Positions 35,272-48,056 of a DNA stretch of 64,000 bases are shown here, in pieces. The stretch comes from Chiloscyllium plagiosum. Its lineage: Eukaryota. The position numbers were made by a program, and so were the translations under genes. Position 1 is the stretch's first letter, and every line of letters begins with the position of its first letter. The notes beneath the pieces were generated by a model, which saw nothing but the letters and a program-made list of their open reading frames with translations, was not told the DNA's origin and did not search any database. The stretch covers positions 12,868,701 to 12,932,700 of the forward strand of contig NC_057754.1 in assembly GCF_004010195.1 (NCBI RefSeq). Reading direction: 5' to 3'.

Positions 35272-38200
35272 TGACCCTTCGCTGTTTATTTTCCAGTCCA
35301 GCCCAAAAGGATCGGTTTTAGCAAGGGTTCGGTCTGGGGGACTAAGGGTGGTGGTGTTGGGGGGCGTGGGTGGTGGGGGTGGTGGCGGAGAGATTCATTG
35401 AGGTTGGAGTTGCTTTTGTACTTACGGACAATGGTTTCCGAAAATTGATGAACTATGAGGAGAGTTTTGAATTCTGATTCTCCCGTGCTTCGTTAATTTC
35501 CGCGTTTAATAAAAACCTCCAATCTTTGGATCTTCAGCAGTTTTCAGCGGCTCGTGGCCTCAACAGTTTTAATACAGGCAGTAAACTATTAGGGAGGCAG
35601 GAGGGCCACGATATTTGTGGCTATTACGGGGGCAGTTGACCCCGATATTTAATACAGGTGGTTGATGGTAACTTAAAGTATATTGACTAAGATATATCTG
35701 CTTCTAATAGATAGAAAGGAAGCCTGAAACTTAATAATAAGTTAACAACTAATAATATTAACTTAATAAAAAAAAACTTAAGTTGATTAATAAAAGAAAA
35801 TATTGCGATATTTTATAATGAAAGTCAATTTGTTTTTTAAAAAAGGGTATGAGGAATAAATTACATTTTGGGGAATTCTGATTGGTGACTAATATTTTAA
35901 TCAGTTTCTATACAACTGAAGTAGTTTTAAAATGGGTAATTGTATTGACAGAACAGACGATCCATCCTCAACGTTTGTAAAATTATGTGAAAAAGCTCGA
36001 GATCCAGGATTGTTTTGAATCTGATTTGCATTTTGGAAATTTAATATGATTTCTTTTAATGTTAAGGATCCTTCAGTGATTAGGAAATAAAATATTAACT
36101 CCTGTTCTTTTTACAGGTCATGACTCCCCTACTGTCGGTTTTTAACTAATCTTTTTTATCCTTACATGAAAGTCAACCTTATTCGATTTCAAATCAGTTT
36201 AATAAGGAGGAAGACAATATTATAACCTTTGTTATTTCACACTCATTTGTTTGCGCTTAATTTTAAATCTACCGTGTTTTATTGGTGATTGAGGTTTGTT
36301 TCATTGGTGAATGACCATTGAAGTTTCAGTTCAACACTAGGTTGTGATAAATCACCTAAAAAACTACTATCCTATGGTAAATACCCGTGTCTTTGGATTC
36401 ATCCATCATTCATTCATTAGAAGTGTTTTTCTTTTTCATTTGAGTAGACAAAACGTTTTAAGGCAGCTCCAGTTATTTCATGACCTATAGCAATGTAAAT
36501 GAGCAAGGACTGGTCAGGACCACTTAAGAAACCTAACCTTGGACTTTCTGGGTAATTATAGTGGATTTCAAAGTTGGAACTGTTTACATGTTACGTTTTA
36601 AATATTAAATACTGCATAACTGAACTTCCATTTTATCTTGATGCATGTAAGAAAATAAAATGTTGCATGTTACTCAGATACATATTATAAAAATAATGAC
36701 CATTGATATATCACCACAGAGGATATCTGCTCTCAAAACAAGACAAAGAGAACTAAGCTCTGTTGATTCTCCACTGTCCAAAAAAATAAATGAAAACTTG
36801 TTTTCCGGTCTCTTCTTCAGCTGGATCCCCACTCAGTAATGCGCAAAGTACCGCTCCACTCAGTGCACTCCCCAATATCCAAACTGAATTCTATCCACAT
36901 TATTAGATGTCCGGAACAAATCGACAAGTCCTAGAAAAAGGACTACTGCTTGACTTAGTAGGCACTACTCTAACCCAGCATTCCACTCTTTGGTCAATAG
37001 GGACAGCCAAACATATCGAGGAAAAGGATAGTAAATCAACCACTATTTCTTTTGCAGCATCACTGCCCCTTTGCCCATGGAGTTAGCAGGCTCCATAATG
37101 TCACAGCCATGTGATACACTAACCAGGACAAGTGAACGAAACAAATCACCTATTTAGTTATTGTCCTCTTGCAATTTTTGATTTGCTGAAACTTCAAATC
37201 CTAAAACTATCTTTCAGATTATGACAATCAAGATGCCAAAATGTAAAATTAGGAACAGGCTTTAAAGTTAGACAAACATAAATTGATAAATTGGTAAAAT
37301 AAGGTTAAATTGGAAATAGAGGCTAGGAGATCAACTACAGAAGGGAAGAGAATGATGCAATAAAGCAGCAGAGTACAGTTTTTAAAATGTCCTATTGGCT
37401 TAAAAATAATGATTAAATGTCCTATTGACTTAAAATAATGATTAACTTATTTATTATTTTTAATAATATTTAATAATATTTATAATAATCAATTATATTA
37501 GCCCAAATCAAATTTAACTGGCAGTGTCGCTTGTTTTAATTCCTTTACACATTGTCAGTGACCTGTCTTATTGACTCATGGGTAATTTAAAACATGGCGG
37601 CATTAATTCATTGTTAATTAAAGAATGGAAAGCTACCTTACTGGCCAGTTGAAGAAATATATATATAGTCATGAGAAAACAGTGTAAGGCTACTAAGGTT
37701 GAGGACTATATAAATAAGGTTAAAGCAACAATACTATCAATTAAATAACTTTGTTTCTATTTGGAATCCCGAGCCTATGTCTAGCATACCGAGTCTTTTT
37801 GAAGATTGAGATTTTCTTCCAGTATACAAACTGAGCCGCTAATATCTCCTGATTTTAACCAGCCTTAATTTAAACCACCCACCCGTTACAAACCTTTCTT
37901 TATTTTGAAAATGACGCAACCAGCCTTCATAGCCGATATCATTGGGACAAGTGGCCTGCGCCATCCTAAACTGGTTCCCATCCTAGGAATTAGAGTTATG
38001 TTAATGAAGCATGCCCCTGACCGCAAGACCAACCCAGCCCAACTTGCTCAATATGTGAAAGGGTGATGCGAATGTAAATGCAGTAAAATTCTGGGAGTAG
38101 CCTGAATATGAATGGCTTGTGTTACAAGACTGAAAGATGTGGCTATCTGTCGGATGGAAGTGACAAACAATTGAACAATAATCAAGACGCCCAATTATCT

Positions 38201-39000
38201 TGACTTAACCCTATGTTTTTGCAATGTTTTCAACCTGGAGTTACTATCAGGATCCAGATCAACAGTACGAACCAGTCCATGGATTTCCAGTCGCAAATGA
38301 GGTGAGTCGTGTTTTTTTTATTATTGGGATGGCCAGAACCGGACTGAACCATGATGCAAGTTACAGGTAAAACAAATTATATCCAGCGCCCGGGCGATCA
38401 CAAATGCCGTATGCCAGCCCTGATATGTTTGATTGGAACCAGGATACCCACTGGGGGGTGGAACCTACCTCATGTACCTACCCGACGACCACTGCTGGAC
38501 AATATTTTCCGGAGGGGATCCTGAAAATGGGTACAGGCGATCCCCAGCACTTCACCTTTGAGACTGTGAACAAGACAGCAAAATCCCCCAGGGACAAATG
38601 CCTGGCCCTTGCTTTAACTGTTGAAATGTGGGCAATACCTCGGAGCTGATGTTGGGAATCGACATACTTTCATCCTATCAAAAGGAAAATCTACTAATAT
38701 ACACTGACTCTTCATTGTGTTTTTAATATGATAAACGATGTTGGAGCCTTGTGGGAATATTGAAGGTTTTGAACCCCCAAGGGGGCGGTGTCATAGTAAT
38801 GCTTTTTGTCCAATCAATCTGACACTTATCAAGATTTTCGGCTCACGCTGATGAAACTGATACAGTTCCTGAAGTAGTGGGCAAGTATATGCAGCTGTCA
38901 AGCAAGCAGCCTTACACCCCAAACTTCTGATCCCATTGGGTTCCCAGCAAAACCTGGTTAGACAAAGCATAAGGACGGGTATGCCAGACCTGAGTAAGGT
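35272..39000 (+). mobile_element. Decayed ERV internal region (gag and RNase H remnants)
   Basis: MGNC start at about 35932, zinc knuckle PGPCFNC*NVG at about 38601, and RNase H GKST(N)IYTDS..VFNMINDVGALWEY*RF*T at about 38680-38785. Confidence 0.65.
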
Positions 39001-41089
39001 ACAGAAATCACGGGGGAATGATTTCTGTTCTGTGCCAATTCACAATGCAGAGGTTGATCTCTCTATTGCTTACTGACTGTAAGCAGGTTTAGTGTTTGGA
39101 TTGTTCTCCATATTGTTTGTAAATCTGAAGTAATTTACAAATGACCATTTCTGAAATAATACAGGCACTTTATATTACAATATACTACTGATTGAATTAT
39201 CAAGTGATTTGATTTCGTATATAGATCCTGACCAAACAGAGACTGTGTGCCAACTATGCCCTTGTGTGCTAAGAGACTGAATGTTACCAAGACTATTGCA
39301 CAGGGATGGAACTCATGACGAAAGGAAACATGAGTGATCGTTCCAGATATCATTCAGCTTATGGAGCTATTCTGCTCTTACAAGCTACTAGTAATGAGAT
39401 CACTGCCTGGAACAGGTTGATTTAGCTGGATTGCCTTTACTTCAGGCTGTGGGGCGATTCCAGTCAATCCTCGACAGGAATCCTCCATGAGTGGTAAAGA
39501 CGACTGAGGAGTTTTCAGCTCACACACATTGCTGGGAAGATGAACACAGAGAGAGAGAGGGAGCAACAGGCTGTTCCTTCTCAGGAAGGATGCATTTTCT
39601 CCCTCTCTGAGTTGAATCACACAATAACGATATCCGGCCCCAAACTGGACCAAATGAAGTCTGTTTGAACAGTTTCTGAACTGTACTACTCCAGCACATT
39701 CCCTGATCCATATAGGTACGTCATTGGTGCTGTTGGACACCCAGCCATTTCTTTTGGAACAAATAGCAACACCAGTTTTAAAGATGCGTTTATATGTTAC
39801 CTATACTTTTATAATGCAACTTGTAATATCTTCACAATATCTGCAATTAAATGAATGTATCTTATTCATAAATTAGCTCCCCAGTCTTAATCTTCCATAG
39901 AAGATAAAATATTCATCAGGTATTCACCAGCTCAAAACCTTATATGGTTAATAAGAACATTTCTCATTCTCAGGCCTAAACGTTTAATCGTTCATAACAT
40001 AATGCCTTCATCGCAAGAACGAGTAAAGAGAAACACGTTTGAAACATTTCAAAAGCAATTTGTTTTTCACTTCAGTGGAATTACAACCTACACACAGTAC
40101 GTCACATGTGGTCTCAACAACGGCCTGTACAGATACAGTAAAACATCCTTAAGATCAGCCCCAATACTCGTTGCAAGAAAAAGTATCATTTCATTTAATT
40201 TTCAAATCACGTGCTGCCTGTACAGATTAACTTCATGTGATTGATGTACCAGGACACACAAATCCCTTTGTACCACGGAGTTCTGCATTCTGCCTCCAGT
40301 TATATAATTTACGGTTGTTTAATGCTTCCTCCCAAACACAAACTTCCCATCACCCACATTGTACTGCTTTTTTTTTACTCTCTGCTCTCCCCTGTCTGTA
40401 TCCCATTGCAGACGCTCTGCCCTTCCCTGTTTGTATTCCATTGCAGACGTTCTGCCTACACATGAAATCTTGCTGAATGACTATCCTGGTGTATGAGCAA
40501 ACTGAGCTCCAATCCATTCAGCCCCTTCATCCAAATCATTGTAAACTGTTGATGGCCTCACATTGATTCCTGAGGAATTCTGCTAGTTACAGCTTTCCAA
40601 CCTGAAAATAAGTAATTATCTCGACTCTGTATTTCCTGGTAGCGGACCAGGGCTCTCCTTTTCCTGTTTAACAGCCTAGCAAGGTTGCATGGCCTCCTGC
40701 TATGTGTAGCTGATTGTCGGTTTCTTTCTGATCTCAATGATCCTGCATTCGGGCCATTTGTTGTCAGATGATCAGGTGGAGTTCGTACTGTTAATGATCC
40801 TGATCCCTGAGAGGTTAAAAGATGAACACTGAACATAGACTAACATTTGGGGGGATCGCTACCCCGTCAAAAATGCTATCTTTCTGATGCAACGGTAGAA
40901 CCATCTGCAATGTCAGTCGTGTGCTCAATTTTGACCTTCAGACACTGAGGAGTGGGGAGAGTTCCTATTTGCCTCATGAACGTGCGTCCCCTTAACAACA
41001 CAACCAATAATCTTCATCAATAATTTCAGTTTTGTCTGTTGTGTTTAAAATTGCTGCAGTCACTACACATTAAAATAAGCGATTGTCTT

Positions 41090-41460
41090 CGAAAGGTGAC
41101 CTGATAGAGGTTTATAAAATCATGACGGACATGGATAGGGTAAGTAGGGTAAACATTTTCCCTGTGGTAAGGGAGTCCATAACTAGAGGGCATAGGTTTA
41201 GGGTGAGACGGGAAAGATGTAAAAGAGACCTAACGGGCAACTTTTTCATGTACGCGTATGGAATGAGCTGCCAGAGGAAGTGGTGGAGGCTGGTACAATT
41301 GCAACATTTAAAAGGCATCTGTATAGGTATATGAATAGGAGGTGTTTGGAGGGATATGGCAGGTGGGACTAGATTGGGTAGGGATATGTGGTCAGCATGG
41401 GTGAGTTGGACTGAAAGGTCTGTTTCTGTGCTGCACATCTCTCGGACTCTATGACTCTAT
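41090..41460 (+). mobile_element. CR1 LINE 3' end
   Basis: GDLIEVYKIM...TRGHRF and a (ctatga)n tail. Confidence 0.88.
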
Positions 41461-41964
41461 GGCCTAGTCTTCACTGTTCGCTGGGGATGAGAATGCCACA
41501 GACAGCACAACCCTAAGGAGATAAGTACATCCTTATCTCAATCTTAAATGGTAGAACCGCGAAATTTAAAAGTGTATGAACCTTACAGCAAGTCAGCTCC
41601 CCATTTTAAAAATGAGGGCACAACCAATAGGAAAGACATAGACCATTAAGCCCCTCAAACCTATCCCACATTCCCATTGACTCTGTTCAGTAAAATATTT
41701 ATCAAATTCAACCTCCACTCTTCTCTTGGGTGGACATTTCTGATAGTGTAAACCATAGAGCGTATGAAATTGGTGCAGAACTAGACTCTTTGGTCCATCA
41801 AGTATGATCTGCTGTTCAATCATGGCTGACATGTTTCTCAGCAAAATTCCCCGGCCTTCTCACTGTAACCTTGATCCCCTTATCAATTAAAAAGTATCCA
41901 TCTCTGTCTTAAAGACAGAACTGTGTCTCTGTCTCTATGTCTGTATGCGTGTGTGTGTTTCAGC

Positions 41965-43165
41965 TTATTGGCAGGAGACAGAGGGTGGTGGAGGATGGTT
42001 ATCTTTGGGACTGGAGGCCTGTGACCAGCGGCGTTCCACAGGGATTGGTGTTGGATCCACTTTTGGTTGTCATTTATATCAGTGACTTAGATGACAGTTA
42101 TGCAATGTATGTCGAGCAAATTTACAGATGACACCAAGTTTAGTTATATAGTGGAAGGTGAAGAAGGTTACATAATATTACAAGGAGATATTTTTTTAAT
42201 TGGATCAATGAATCATAGAAATGTACAGCAAGAAACGGACACTTTAGTCAAACTCATTCTTGCCAACCAGATGTCGTAAATTAACTTAGTTTTATTTTCC
42301 AACATTTGTACCATATCCCTCTGAACCATTCCAATTCATGACTCCATCCAAATGCGTTTTAAATGTTGTAATTGTACCATCCTCCACCACTTCGTCTGGC
42401 AGCTCACTAATTACATAAACCACCTTCTTTGTGAAAATGGTCCCCTTCGGTCCCTTTTATATCTTGTACATCTCACCTTAATTCTACGTCCACTAGTTGT
42501 GGACTTCCCTACAGTGGGGTAAAGACCCTGACTATTCACCCGATCCATTTCAAGACATCCAGTCCTTCCTCCTCTGCGTTTTGGACATTTTGCAAGATGT
42601 CACCATCTATTTTCCTAAAGTCTTTATTTTCCGTATCCTTTTCCACAGTAAATACTGATGCAAAATATTCATTTAGTATCTCCTCCATTTTCTGTGGCTC
42701 CACACAAAGGCCGCCTTGCTGATCTTTGAGGGGCCCTATTCTCTCCTTAGTTACCCTTTTGTCCTTAATATATTTGTAATAATCCTTTGGATTCTCCTTA
42801 ATTCTAATTGCCAAAGCTATCTCATGACCCTTTTTGCCCAACTGATTTCCCTCTTAAGTATTGTCCTACTTCTTTTGTACTCTTCTAAAGATTCACTCGA
42901 TCTACCCTGTCGATACCTGACATATGTTTCCTTCTTTTTCTTAACCAAATCCTCAATTTCTTTAGTCATCCAGCATTCCCTATACCTACCACCCTTTCCT
43001 TTCACCCTGACAGGAATATACTTTCTCTGGATTCTTGTTATCTCATTTCTGAAGGCTTCCCATTTTCCAGCCGCCCCTTTACCTGCGAACATCTGCCTCC
43101 AATCAGCTTTCGAAAGTTCTTGCCGAATACCGTCAAAATTGGCCTTTCTCCAATTTAGAACTTCA
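41965..43165. mobile_element. Cluster of CR1 fragments (+ 41965-42200; - 42210-42535; - 42540-43165)
   Basis: GVPQGLVLDP motif, a reverse 3' end, and RIKENPK...ILNEYFASVFT on the minus strand. Confidence 0.8.
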
Positions 43166-44589
43166 ACTTTGAGATCACTATTTTAAAACGAAAAGAATAA
43201 TGGTCCCTCTATCTCTCTGTCTGCCTGTCTGTATGTCTCTCTCTCTCTCCTCAACTTTACCCCCAACACTAATAACACTGCATGGATACAACACTGTGGA
43301 CTGACTTCCTCCGGACACCTCACCATCTCCCTGTTCCCCACCTGCAGTAGCACTGACAGCAGGGCCACTCAGTCCTATCCTCCCTCGCTCACTCTCTTTC
43401 TCCCATTCCAGGAGAAACAGCCAGGAATAGGACAGAAGGGGCCAAGCCGGGTGGTGGGGTGCTCGATATCCGTTCCATCACTCCCACACCCCCGCCATGT
43501 GGGGAGAAGTCTGGTAGGAGGCGGAGACCTCGTGTGGAGATTCTGAAGCATCCACGTCCCACCGACCGAGTAAGGAGCAATGTTCAGTGAAGGGCAATTC
43601 TCACTTTAAACCCACTGGCTATTCCATTGCCCAGGCACAACTTAGAAGCCGTGGCCCTGATGCCATCTTCCTTTTGTGTCGAGTTGGTACAAATGGAATT
43701 CCCACGGTCTCGGTGGGCAAGAGGGTGGGCACACAACACATCATCTCCAGTACCTCCCAGGAAGGGAGCACAGAGAATGCCTCCTACACATCCTCCTGTA
43801 AACAGCTCAGATACTTGAAACTAATCTGTGATATTTACTGCTCTCCCTACTTGTCCTGACATCTTCAATAATATGTGTTCATATACACGCAGCGCTCTCT
43901 GCTCCAACACGCCTTCATAATGGTATAGAAGGTTTTAAATTGACTTTCAGAGTTATTCCTATCAGGGTGCATCGCCTCACACTGCTCTGGATTGATCCTG
44001 ATCTGCCATAAACCTGAAAACTACACCAACGTGTCACTGTCCTGTTGGAGTCCCACTCTGTCCTCCACACACTTTATAATTCTTCCGGGTTTGGTATCTG
44101 CAAACATTGAAATTGTCCGACAGTCACATTCCACACAGAATTACTGACTCACTCACTATTGTGAGCAATTGCAATACTAACACGCTCCCTGAGGACAGAC
44201 TTAAATACTGATACACATCAGACAGAATGATGAAATATTGGCAAAATTACCATGGAGCAAGAAATATGGTGATGGACACTCCATCTCTGTATTAGTTTCT
44301 GTGTATTAGTAAGTGCCTCTAAGTCTCTGTATTAGTCTGTGTCTATCTGTGTGTATCAATGAGGAGCGAGTCTGGCAGTCTCTATTTTGCTTAAAGTGAT
44401 GTAATATCCCCCTGACACGGGATCCGAGGAATGGTCCTTTCATTTCTGTCCACAGACCTGTTGATCTTTCTGTTGCTGTCAGTCTCTGCTGGCCTCCCCT
44501 CACCACTGTACAGTAGGGGTGTTGGGTGAAAATCATCAGGGTTTCAGTTTGGAAGGGACAGAGGGAGGGCAGCAGCTTACAGCACCATT

Positions 44590-46392
44590 AACACACACAC
44601 ACCCACAGGCACATAAACACACAAACATACAAAACGACACACACACACACAGACACACAAACACAGACAGACACACACCCACAGACATACACACACAGAC
44701 ACACACCAACAGACAGACAGACACACACACGCACACACAGATACGCACACGCACTCACAGAAACGGGCACACATAGACGCAAGCACACACACAAACACAC
44801 ACAGATTCAGACATCGACACACACTCACAGGAACAGACACACACATGCAAACACACACACGCAGTCAAACAAAGATACATACACAGATGCACACACACTC
44901 ACAGAAACAGACACACATGCATACACACATACAGCTGCACACAGACAAACACACACATACTCACAGAAATCCCACACCCACACGGATTAACCCACACAGA
45001 CACACCCACACACACAAACCCAGAGGCAGAGAGACACATTGACACACAAACAGACGCACACACGCCGACCGACACACACACACAACACACACAGCTACAG
45101 ATTTCACCAGTTTCCTTTATCCCTCAGCCCCCATGGTCCATCAGCCTCATTCCGAATGAAGGGATTATGCTCGATATTTCGTCTCTCCTGCTCCTTGGAT
45201 GCTCCCTGAACTGTTGTGTGTTTTCAGCAGCACACTATTTCAACACAGGCACACACACGCACACACACACAGAAACACACACAGACAGACAGACAGACAG
45301 AGACACACACACATACCGACACACGCACAAACACACCGACAGCTACACTTCCCTCCCACGCAGGCATCCACACGCCCCGCACACACAGACACCCATACTC
45401 TCCACGCATGCACACATACGCTGTCACACAGGCACACACACAGACTCACACACACACACACAGATGCCCACAACCACCCATACACAGACACCCACATTCC
45501 GCACACACATGCGCACACACATATGTATACAGACACACAGGCACGCATACACACAGACAAGGACACACACTAACACACACAGACACTCAGACACACAGAG
45601 ACATGCACACACACAGATGCACATACATACACACAGCTGTACACACACAAACATACAAACACATAGACACACACATTGGCACACGCACACACACATGCAC
45701 GTACACACACACATCCTCTAAAAAACCATGTTTAGTGACTTACCCTTGCAAGTAATCTTACATATAAGAAAGGATTGAAAAGCCCTAAAACACGCCAGCA
45801 GAGCATCGCACTGTATCACTTTCAGCAAAAAGAGGGAGAGGGAGAGGGAGGAAGGGAGGCATTCAATGATTCACCCCAAAACAAAACAGTTCCCATTGCA
45901 CACAGATGCAGAGATAGAGATATAAACATACATACATACACTAATGCAGAGCACACAGACAGATAGAAACACATAGATACACATATAGACACACACAAAT
46001 CGGTAAGCCCGGACAGAAATATGCAGATACAAACTTGGACATACACAGACGCATGGAACCATAGAGTTATACATGAGGTTTGAAAACAGACTTATCAGCA
46101 CATACACTCAATGCGAACGATAATCTCAAACTAAACTATTCCCACGTTCCTGCGCTTGGAGAATATTTTTCCAAACATTCTCTTATTCTTGTACTTAACA
46201 AAATGTCTTTTAAACATTGCAACTTTACTCACACCTATCACTTCTAAGGACGTTCATGCCATACACGAACCAAACGATGCTGTCAGTCTCTGCTGGCCTC
46301 CCCTCACCACTGTACAGTAGGGGTGTAGGGTGAAAATCGTCAGGGATTCAGTTTGGGAGGGACAGAGGGAGGGCAGCAGCTTACAGGACCAT

Positions 46393-46472
<80 letters not shown>
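44590..46472. repeat. CA-rich low-complexity and microsatellite tracts (44590-45090, 45245-45715, 46395-46472)
   Basis: Read directly. These tracts explain the His/Thr- and Cys/Val-rich ORFs here. Confidence 0.9.
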
Positions 46473-46473
<1 letters not shown>

Positions 46474-46973
46474 NNNNNNNNNNNNNNNNNNNNNNNNNNN
46501 NNNNNNNNNNNNNNNNNNNNNNNNNNNNNNNNNNNNNNNNNNNNNNNNNNNNNNNNNNNNNNNNNNNNNNNNNNNNNNNNNNNNNNNNNNNNNNNNNNNN
46601 NNNNNNNNNNNNNNNNNNNNNNNNNNNNNNNNNNNNNNNNNNNNNNNNNNNNNNNNNNNNNNNNNNNNNNNNNNNNNNNNNNNNNNNNNNNNNNNNNNNN
46701 NNNNNNNNNNNNNNNNNNNNNNNNNNNNNNNNNNNNNNNNNNNNNNNNNNNNNNNNNNNNNNNNNNNNNNNNNNNNNNNNNNNNNNNNNNNNNNNNNNNN
46801 NNNNNNNNNNNNNNNNNNNNNNNNNNNNNNNNNNNNNNNNNNNNNNNNNNNNNNNNNNNNNNNNNNNNNNNNNNNNNNNNNNNNNNNNNNNNNNNNNNNN
46901 NNNNNNNNNNNNNNNNNNNNNNNNNNNNNNNNNNNNNNNNNNNNNNNNNNNNNNNNNNNNNNNNNNNNNNNNN
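46474..46973. other. Assembly gap (500 N)
   Basis: Run of N. Confidence 1.
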
Positions 46974-47718
46974 AACCTGAACAAAATGTGCTGAATGGGA
47001 ATCAGTGTAAACTGCCCTTTGGTTCGAGTGATATGAAACACAGAGGTCAGTGTTTATGGTCGGTGGCCGATAATCCTCTCAGTCCCAGGCATCTCTTCAG
47101 GAGATCCTCAGCGTAGTTCCCTCAACACAACCATCGTCAGCCGCTCCAAACATGTCTTTCCCCTATAAGCTTAGAAGTGGGGATGGTCCCTGAAGATCAC
47201 ACAATGCCCAGAACAACGTGCACCCCTCAGCTCCTGAACCAGTCTCTGTGTCCATGTGCAGCAAAACCTGGACAGTAGTCAGGCTTGTGCTGTTAGAATG
47301 TCGGTAACATTCATGTAACAGTACGGCTGGACACTGCACATTCCCACCGTGAAAGGAGGAGCTCAGTCAGCATCTCAAGCTCCCTTCACAGAAATATGAA
47401 AAAGCCATTCAGCCCATCAATGCTACTGCATAGGAAGAGGGATAGCCCATTCAGTCCCTGCAGGTTATCACACAGGAAGAGAAGGAATGCAGTGTTATAG
47501 ACCAGACCAGAACCCCTTAAAATATTTTAAAGCAGTACCCTAGATCCAAACATTTTCTTATTCTAAAGGCAATTGAGATGTAATTGGTCCAAGTGCAATG
47601 TGACTAGTCAAACTGCTCGATGTTATCCAAAACATTTTACTTAAACACTGTCATTAAAATACAATCAAAGAAAGAGGAATTTAAAATAACTTAACATGAT
47701 TGGAAAACTTAACCAAAT

Positions 47719-48056
47719 GGGCGGCACGATGGCACAGTGGTTAGCACTGCTAACCACTGTGCCTCACTGCTGCCTCACAGCGCCTGAGACCCGGGTTCAA
47801 TTCCCGCCTCAGGAAAACTGTGTGGAGTTTGCACATTCTCCCCGTGTCTGTGTCGGTTTCCTCCGGGTCCTCCGGTTTCCTCCCACAGTCCAAAGATGTG
47901 CAGGTCAGGTGAATTGGCCATGCTAAATTGCCCGTAGTATTAGGTAAGGGGTACATGTAGGGGTATGGGTGGGTTGCGCTTCGGCGGGTCGGTGTGGACT
48001 TGTTGGGCCGAAGGGCCTGTTTCCACACTGTAATGTAAACTAATGTAAACTAAACT
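47719..48056 (+). mobile_element. Full-length HE1-like SINE
   Basis: A and B boxes, core gtggagtttgcacattctcccc, and 3' ggccgaagggcctgtttccacactgtaa plus an (aaact)n tail. Confidence 0.92.

Noticed and set aside
39378..39740. 120-aa minus-strand ORF with an internal polypyrimidine acceptor
   Set aside because: No recognisable domain, no partner exon and no paralogue in the window.
43183..43368. Minus-strand ORF containing RCPEEVSPQCC as a possible third defensin
   Set aside because: It has only three Cys, no matching signal exon and no similarity to the two real copies.
44519..47041. Long His/Thr- and Cys/Val-rich ORFs
   Set aside because: They are translations of CA/TG microsatellites and N runs.
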